A stretch of 57,799 bases of DNA, filler included, from Sphacelaria rigidula (Eukaryota), in NCBI GenBank assembly GCA_964200075.2. It is 7 parts of 7 records of this genome, joined end to end, with 100 filler letters (N's around TTAATTAATTAA, not from the genome) between each part and the next. Parts side by side here need not be neighbours in the genome. Positions count along the whole stretch, not along the records: positions 49,630 to 57,799 come from CAXNAA020012043.1; 6 more parts are not named here. One strand, written 5' to 3'. Positions 49,907-57,799 of the stretch are shown one piece after another. Position 1 is the stretch's first letter, and every line of letters starts with the position of its first letter. Both the position numbers and the translations under genes were made by a program. Under the pieces are notes generated by a model, which had not been told where the DNA came from, made no database searches, and was given only the letters and a program-made list of their open reading frames with translations.

Positions 49907-51177
49907 GGCCGTTTCTTCCGGTTCGTTTTTTCCCCTCGTTATTTGCAAATAACGGGGGGAGAACACAAGACGAGGGCAATTTTACGAATGGGCCCTCCTC
50001 GCTTGTACTTTTTGACAAAATACGAGACGAGAGCGACTCGCATTTTTCTCTCGTTTTTTTCATTCGCGGCGCGGCGAGACGAGTAACGCCCGCCGACTCT
50101 GAATATGTTCGTGCCCTCCGACATCTACGGGGCTCTCCTGACAGCAATGTCGAACATCCACGGCGCCGTATATACACTAGATCAAAATTAGCTTCGCCAT
50201 CCCGGCGCACGCGAGATGTCGTCAGGGGTTGATGATCTATTGGCAGCGATCGTGCTCTCGAAAACCTGCAGCACAGACAGTACCCAGCGCAGGGATCACA
50301 GGGTACTACTCTGTGCTGTCTCATGCAGTGAGTTGTAGGTGTCAGTTTGCACCCAGCAGCAGTACGCACGGCTGTAGTAAAAATGATGCGTACAACGTGA
50401 GATACAGTATGTGAACAACCTGCAATACAGATAACACCAGGCAGTACTGTACTGTCTGCACTACCGCATTGAACAGTAGGATCCACATGCCATGCTTCAC
50501 CTAACGACTGCCGAAAATGATTTGGACGACGTGCAGTGCAGACAGTACATGGGTGGTACTGCCGCATTCAACAGTACAGTAGGATGGAAATGTTGGTTCG
50601 CCAGTACAGTATTACAACGGCTGCACTAACTAAATATGATGTGGGCAACGTGTAGTACAGACATAACTAAGCAGTACAATACTGCCTGCTCTGTCTGCCG
50701 CATACGGCAGTATACATGCGCACATGTCAGGTTGGAGACGGTAATATACAACGGCTGCACTAAAATTGATGTGGACGAGTGCGGTACAGACAGTCCTAGA
50801 CAGTACAGTACTTGAGTCTGTACTGCCGCATACGGAGTATGGCAGTATAGATAGAAGATGTCAGTTTGCACACAGTGCGGGCTGGGCCAGCAGCGATCAG
50901 GGGAGGTCCATGTTTCACTTCTTCTTACGCAAACGCAGGGAGCATGGCATGGCGAAGTCTTCAGGTCTTTGTACCTCGCCTTGATTTGCACATTCCTTTG
51001 AATTCCTCTGACCGTCCTTTCGGTATCCCCCCACGCTTTTGGTACCCATTCCCCTCGAAAAAAACTCTGCAACCGTAAGCTAGGGTCAACATCTCCCGTA
51101 GTATTTTCCTAGAGGTATTTTCCCCTCATAATTTGTAGCAAAAAACGAGGGTAAGAAACGAACCGGAAGAAACGGCC
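49907..51177. mobile_element. Non-autonomous PIF/Harbinger-like element
   Basis: TIR GGCCGTTTCTTCCGGTTCGTTT / AAACGAACCGGAAGAAACGGCC; exact 3-bp TSD TGA. Confidence 0.82.
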
Positions 51178-52249
51178 TGAGAGTCCCGTTTGAACCACTT
51201 CACTCTGAAAACTCATTGTTCCTCCTCAGAATTCACAGCGGAATGAATGAGAACCACGCCCACAGTCACCACCATGGTCACGTCCAGTCCAAAGTCAATA
51301 CACCGTAACAAGCAAAGTGAGACATTCATCATCCATCAAACTGCCATACTCATCACGATGAGCCATTCACGAAATAGAAGAGCTTGACATCGCAGTCAGA
51401 AGACCTCCCTGACGCCGCCATGGTATCAGCGATCCGCTTGGTTGTATTGCGTGAAAATTCAAATTCCCCACAGGTACACGTTGCGTTGGGTGCAGTTCCT
51501 CATTCTTGCCAGCTTCAGCTTAAAGAAGACGGTGGACTGATTCGTGGTCTACAGCGCACAAGCAGTACTACATCTGGCTGTATTTCCATCCCGTGAGATA
51601 TCATAGCGTATTGCACCACCGTTATGAGTGGCATGTGGAAAAATCACCGCAAAGCGGCCGAGGTCTGCTGTTTGAAAGTGCTGCGTACCGTACTGTCTGT
51701 ACTACTGTTTATACAACTGACTCTCTGTACCGTATCGCTGCACAGTATAATAGTTGACAGCATCGCAATGCACTGTTGTAGGGTTCTGCATTGCACTCTC
51801 TGTACTGCACTGTACTCAACGCTGCACAGAAATATACCACTGCAGCACTACAGTGTCCTGTAGCTCGCCGTAGTGGATTCAAGTATTGCAGGTGCAGTGA
51901 AAAAGCGTAGTGTATGGTGCGTACCGTGACGCAGTGTACGGTGCCGTCAGTGTTGTGCCGGCCTATGCACTTTCGAAGTGGACGCTGGTCGATCGTACAA
52001 TATATCTGGCGGGGCAACCTGCAGCCAATCACTGCGACAAAAACGAATCACGTCAAGCCACGTCACATCAGCTTCCGCTATGAACTGTTTTAACGTCCAC
52101 TTTGAAGTTTTGAAGCTTCCACTCTGCACTCTGACTATGATAAAAAAAAAACATATTCCGAAACTCTCCAGTAGCAAGATAGTAGTAGTATAGCAGTCCT
52201 GCATAAAAAAACATATATATATATATATATATATCGGAATAGAATTGAA

Positions 52250-53050
52250 GCTCATTTCATCCCCTCGCGCACTGCTGCGACGCCCAACCCAAGATGCAGA
52301 CTCGTGGGCTTGTTGACTGTGGGGAATATGAGGTGTTCCCGAAGCTTCAGCGCATAGCAGCGACGGCAGCGCGCGCATCACCGTCCTTCCTGCCCTGAGC
52401 ATCTCTATAATCGATACCGGAATGGCATTTCCACAGATTGTCATAATCAAGAGGCGGCGCCACTACTGATGTATGCTTGTTAGCGAGCACTGTAGCCTCC
52501 CAGGTGGCCGTGGTGCGGAAGTGAGTGAGGTACCATGTCCACATATGCATTAACTCACGGTGCACAGAATTTCGGACGCAAGATAGCCACTCCGAGGGCA
52601 TACAGACGATATTGCCGAAAATCGGAATTCGCGTCGTTTAACTTGCCGGCACACGGAAAGGTGCTGTGCTCCGGGGCATATGCTGCCTGTGTTGTGCTCA
52701 ACTGGTGCACCAACTTCCACGTGATTCGCTGAAGCGGCGACCGAGAGCTGCACAATAAAAAAATGATGCATAAAAGTCGAAAATGGCACCAGTCAACCGT
52801 CCAAAGATACGCCAGGTGCAGTTACGCCGCATAATCCTGGTACCGAAAGACACAGGCGAAACTGCAGCATCCCTGCGGCAGAGCGGGAGAGATGGGGACA
52901 AGTACGCTACCGTATATCCGAACACTGTGGGTTAGGCTTCGCGAAATCGCCCTGCCACACACGATATACCTGCAATTATTTTGGGAGTTCAGTTTATTGC
53001 AGTCGGAGGTGTCTCACAGGTGCTACATCGCCGGGGGGGTGTCAGCGTTG
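52250..53050 (-). pseudogene. Degraded MULE/FAR1-like transposase N-terminal region
   Basis: Relics RIMRRNCTWRIFGRL...WKLVHQL (cf. FAR1 C.W.I...W...H) followed by LDYDNLWK...KDGDARAAVAAMR and ILGWASQQ. Confidence 0.35.
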
Positions 53051-53662
53051 GCAATATCTGCCTACCGCGTTCATGCTGTCACGATGTGGGGCTCGACGAA
53101 TGCACGTTTCGTTCCCATTTTCGCAGATTTTTGCGCGTCAATCGTAGCGCGACTATTTACAGTGCCTTTCACCGACTTTGTGACGCCACAGCGGCGAGCA
53201 AAAGGTTGAAATCCTGAGGATCGTTGTTCTCCCCGTATGAGGGTGCACGGCGCTTACATCGGCATTGTGGTCAGGTTCCTTGTTATCGGGGATAACTTTA
53301 TTTTGATAACATTAACCGCTACTTATATTGCGAAAAAAACACTTCCCCGACAAAAACGTAACAACACCTTCGGAGCATAGTGTAATGAGGATAAGTATAG
53401 ACAGGTATCTAGAAGTCGATGCACTGGAAGACTGGTGACCAGACCGTTTATGGCTGCCTCTGGTTGTACGGCGACCGTTGTTTGTGTTGCGGTGGACCCC
53501 CTGGCCACGGCGCGGTGCGGCGCCGGGTTGGTCATCGTCAGAGTCTTCATCACCACGACGGTGGCGAGGGGAGTGAGGCGTGATCCAGGCCCCATTATCT
53601 TCCGGCGGCAGCGTGTTGTGGGCTACCCGCATCACAGCGAAGAGGGCGGCGACGGCGGTCTC

Positions 53663-53955
53663 CACGGGTGGCCACTGGGGTCTGTAACCTGGCCATTTTG
53701 GGACCTTATCCACCTTTGGCAAGGTCCGCGGGTTGGGTAGACGACTGAGGAGCATTCGCACAGCATGGAAAGGATCGAAACAAAACATGTCCCAGTCTTT
53801 AGGCGGGTGACTCCCCTGTAGACTGGAACATGCTTTGTTTCGAACCTTTCCATGCTGTGCGAATGCTCTTCAGTTGTCTACCCAACCCGCGGACCTTGCC
53901 AAAGGTGGATAAGGTCCCAAAATGGCCAGGTTACAGACCCCAGTGGCCACCCGTG
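53663..53955. ncRNA. Candidate long hairpin RNA (136-bp stem, 21-nt loop)
   Basis: 53663-53798 is the reverse complement of 53820-53955 with 5 mismatches; the structure is directly seen, expression is unknown. Confidence 0.5.
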
Positions 53956-55810
53956 TCGTAAGCGGGGCGACTATCCCTGGTACCAATCGTTAGATAGAGC
54001 ACGATTCGTTCGATGGTGAGAGCTCCCGGGTCGTTGTGCGGGAGCTGTCCTCCTTGCTGAAGGAAGGGGACGATCACACTGCTGATGGGCAGAGTTAGTG
54101 AGCGTCAAGCCTGCTCAGAGGCGCGCAGAACGTTGTTGCGGTCATACTTCCCTGAAAGTTGGCGTAGCGTCCAAGGAAGCCAACAGCGTTCGCTGCCCTG
54201 AAGGCGCAGCGCAGGTGTGGGGGCAGGGGGCGCCGAAGCCCGAGGGACCTGCGGTGGGGCAGGCGAGGTGCGCGTAGGCGAAGCCGTAGAAGCCGCGGCA
54301 GCAGCGTGTAGGCGCGAGGGCTGACGTTCTTCCGTTGAGCCGGAAATGGCGGCAGAGGGTGCAGTCGCGGGCTCGCTTGGCGTGGTCCTCAGAAGAGGAA
54401 GGTGTTGCTCCTGTTCGAGGGAGCGTAAAGCCGTGGTCGCAGTCTCTGTTGCGGTAGCGCATTGACGCAAGCGATGTTCATCGCGTCGAATGGAGTCACG
54501 CATCTGGTCGAACGCAGCAAGGTGTTCAGTGAGAGTGCGTTGAGCCGCCCGCTGACGGCTGGTTGCCGAATCGACCGCCTGGCGTTGGCGCGTCAATCGT
54601 GCTGTGAGATCATCATGAAGGAGACGGTGGGCAGTGTCGTCCGCCGTTTGGCGGGGCGAAGGTGGCGGGCGTGTCCGGTTGAAATGCCTGGTACTCCGTA
54701 AGAATTTGCTCTTGGTCCGAGCGTGGACCACGAAACCAGAGCCGGGGCGGAAGGCCCGACGGGCAATGCTCGATGCCCAACAGGGGGAGGTCGTCCGTGA
54801 TAGACCCAGGGGCATGCGCCGGAGCCGAGTCCGTGGCAGTAGGAGCCTGCGGCGAAGTGACCGATTCCTCATCAGCGGCCGTGATGGGGGTATCATCCAC
54901 GGCCGTCGCGGCGGGAGCGGCAGTCGCCGCCGCGCTGGGAGCATGGGGCGTGACACGGGTGCTTTCCGGATCTGTGTCGATGTCGGCGGCTGCAGGAGCT
55001 GGAGCAGCCGCGAGCGATGGTCAACGGAGCCTGAGTGTGAGCCATAGTTGAAGCAGATCGCAGGTATCGACGGAGATCTGCAATTTCTCGTTCTACCGCA
55101 CGTACAGTGGCAGCATCAGGATAGGGCGGAAGGGCACGGTTAGGGCTGCGCCGGTCTCGCAAAGATGCCGGAATGTCAATCAACGCGTCATCGATGGGCA
55201 ATCGTGTATTCACATGGGTCCGATCGACAGATTTAGGTCGTGAGGATCCCGTGGTCGATGATAATCCCGATAGCAAGGCACGTACATCATGAACATGAGT
55301 GGTGTGATCACCATGGTGGACAGTGGCATCACCATCCATATCCAAATCACGGGGAACATCTGAGGTTGAACGTTCGTCATCATGGGCCGCAGCCGCTGGT
55401 ATAGAGGCCTGATGATTCACATTACTGTCAAAGTGAACGTGATCTGAGGACGTTGAAAGTTGGGCGGCTGTGTGAAACGCGGCCGCAAGCGCTTGTGAAA
55501 GGGCAGTTGTCGCCGTACCGTTAGAAATGACAGCTGGTGATGAACGAAGCAAGTGCTCAAGAGCCGTTACTAAAGGCAAGTGCCCTGTGGAAGGCTCTTC
55601 GGAGCGGCCAAGACGCGTGGAGGGTGTTTGGCGCGGGGGCTGGTGAACAGAGGTATCCTCACGATACGTGTCGTATCGTTGCGGGCGCTGTAAGGCATCG
55701 TAACCGTTGTGCGACGTACCGAAAACGTCGGAAGGCATGGACGAATGCCGTTCATCAAGACCGCGAGCGCGGGGTGAGTCAATAACCGCGGTAGAAGCCT
55801 GAAGCGGTTT

Positions 55811-56125
55811 GCGTTTCACGACAGTGGCAACGCGTGGCGACTCCTCCGACATGTTGGAACTCCGAGACGGTGTGCGTTTCACAACAGAGCGAGCGCATAT
55901 CGTCTCGTCGATCATGTCGGAAGTCTTGGACAGTGGTCGGTCCGCGACAGAGCGAGCGCGTAGCGTCTCGTCGATCATGTCGGAAGTCTTGGACGGTGGT
56001 CGGTCCGCGACAAAGCGAGCAGGGAGCGTCTCGTCGATCATGTCGGGAGTCTTGGACGGTGTGCGTTTCGCAACAGAGCGAGCGGGTGGCGACTCGACGA
56101 TCATGTTGGAAGTCTTGGACAAATG
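55811..56125 (-). repeat. Coding 63-bp tandem repeat x5 (21 aa, SKTSDMIDETxxARSVAxRxx)
   Basis: Five in-frame units plus degenerate units toward 55720. Confidence 0.9.
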
Positions 56126-57744
56126 GTGGTCGCGGTCGCCACTACCAGCCAAGTCTTGAGGCGTGTAGTCGCCAAAGTGGAGGGCCGAAGCTCTGTCGGA
56201 TTTTACTTCTTCGTGTACAGGGAAAGTAAGAGTGAATGGTTTTGAAGGAAGTGACGAAAGAAAACGCTGACGGCGTAAAGATTTGTAAGTAGGCAGGGCC
56301 GAGGGGAAAACTTTTTTCTGCGGTTGCGCCATATCAAATCGAAGAGGTAGAAATGGACGCTAGACACCAGAGTACAATAGGTCTGGTATAAGAATAGCAG
56401 GTAGTGTAGACTCGGCGGGAGGTTGTAAGTACCGAAAAAAAATTAAGCAGTAAAGACTACAGAATTTTATAAACGGAGGTACACCAAACTAGAGTAGACT
56501 GCTGTGAAAATAACAATCAGCTTAATCTCGGCAATTCCAAGTACCGAAAAAGCAGACAGCAGAGCAAAAAGGTGGAGATTATTGAATGCCGAAAAGGGGG
56601 GAACTGCGGCGGAAATAAGACACCTGTAGAGGAGACTGTGTATGGGGGAGTAGGGGGGGCGCACTACAGGTGTACCAAAGGCGTAAATATTCGCAAAAGA
56701 ACAAACTTACAGATAAACCCAACAGTTGTCGCACGAGAGGTTTGGTGCAAGAGCAAAACCTAACAATGAGGCGGCTGTGAAAGAAGACAGACACCCGGAC
56801 AGATGTCCGACGGGCGCACTGTGCACGTCAAATATGACAGGGATACGTAGTGGCCAGGCACACGCTGGGCAAGGGTATTTCAGTGGTGCAAGTATAATAC
56901 CGCACACAGGAGGTGTAGAAAAACACCACTCGAGACCGCGGAAGTAGGCACCAATGCTAGTGTAGAACACGTCGCTAAAAGGGAGGCGATGTGCAAATAT
57001 CTGTGAAATTCAATACAGAAAGAGAATCAAAAAGTGCGGCAGCGATGGTGCGAAACAGTGAACTCAAGTGCAGGAGTCCAAGGGAAGACAGCTGTAGCAG
57101 CCGACTGAAACACCAATTGTTGGTGCAGATCAGGCGCCAAGCTGAAAAGACAACAGGGGGATACGAAATTTCGAACTAAAAGTCAGGAAATTGTAAGGCG
57201 ATCCAGGTAGTGGAGCACCAAAGAGGAAAAAGAGGAACACGCAGTGCAAGGCCAAAAGGGAAAAGAAACTGTGTATTTAGTATTCGCGCGAAAGAAAAAA
57301 CATGTATCCACCAGTACACGCACAAAAGATGAAAAGCGCGTCGTGGAATGCACGACCCAAAGGTGAAACGTTGCCCACGTAGTGCTCACCCAGCGAAAAA
57401 TGTAGAAGCGGGGCTGAGGTGTGATAAACACCTGATGAGAGGTGCGATGAGAGACGTACAGCACCGAATTTGTCAATTGCGTTGATGTAGATTGTCGCGC
57501 GGAAGAACAAATAGTGTGCACTACAGTACTCTGCACGCTGGAGCGGCGGTCGCTACTATCACAACTACTACTGCGGCAGCTGCGACTGCGCAGTTGTCGC
57601 ACCGAAAAAGTAAGCGTGGTAGTAAGCGGTGAACGAAAACACTAAAGCAGTCAGTGTCAAGGATGAGAGGACACCGCACTATAAACCCAGCAGCGGCACA
57701 CAAGTGCAACGTCCTGCAAGAAGTAAAGGTATAGTCGCTTTCGA

Positions 57745-57799
57745 CACTTTCTACGATAGCCCCCCCCAAAAAAGTGCATGGTTTTGGGAGGCAAAATCT
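57745..57799. mobile_element. Terminus of CAC-terminated MITE at scaffold end
   Basis: CACTTTCTACGATAGCCCCCCCCAAAAAAGTGCATGGTTTTGGGAGGCAAAAT matches 41417-41480. Confidence 0.7.

Larger units (their letters stand above)
53312..56332 (-). pseudogene. Intronless ~1000-codon ORF of unknown function (possible TE/gag-like accessory gene), broken by frameshifts and an inverted duplication
   Basis: ATG at 56332; protein-like text continues through successive frames (54893-56332, ~54650-55020, 54105-54650 coiled-coil-like, ~53960-54100, 53312-53788) without splice signals. Confidence 0.55.

Noticed and set aside
49578-50567. 329-aa and 186-aa ORFs
   Set aside because: They cross TIR element boundaries (the 329-aa ORF also runs into the N linker) and show no recognisable protein features.

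Overview
This is repeat-rich eukaryotic nuclear DNA, most likely a brown alga (Phaeophyceae). That assignment is an inference from TTAGGG repeats, intron-rich genes with TE-filled introns, and gene content. The window is not one locus. It is seven unrelated scaffolds of almost identical, decreasing length (1-8172, 8273-16444, 16545-24716, 24817-32987, 33088-41258, 41359-49529, 49630-57799), joined by 100-nt N-TTAATTAATTAA-N linkers. Most ORFs in the supplied track are spurious. Reading splice sites by hand gives partial spliced genes: (1) a calcyphosin-like EF-hand protein, 3' exons only; (2) an unknown minus-strand gene; (3) a KH-like plus very long Lys/Ser/Arg-rich protein with a probable GC-AG intron; (4) the last exon of a PILS/auxin-efflux-carrier-family transporter; (5) an AVT3/4-like amino-acid transporter; (6) a coiled-coil protein; (7) an intronless frameshifted ORF whose own coding sequence is duplicated as a 136-bp-stem hairpin. 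The rest is a dense mobilome: Sola2-like, PIF/Harbinger-like, MULE-like, hAT-like and CAC-terminated TIR elements, tRNA-derived SINEs, fold-back MITEs, a TTAGGG-carrying repeat, and 5'-truncated retroelement ends that sit in C-tracts. I see no CRISPR, rRNA or functional tRNA. All homology calls are motif recognition by eye, not database searches.
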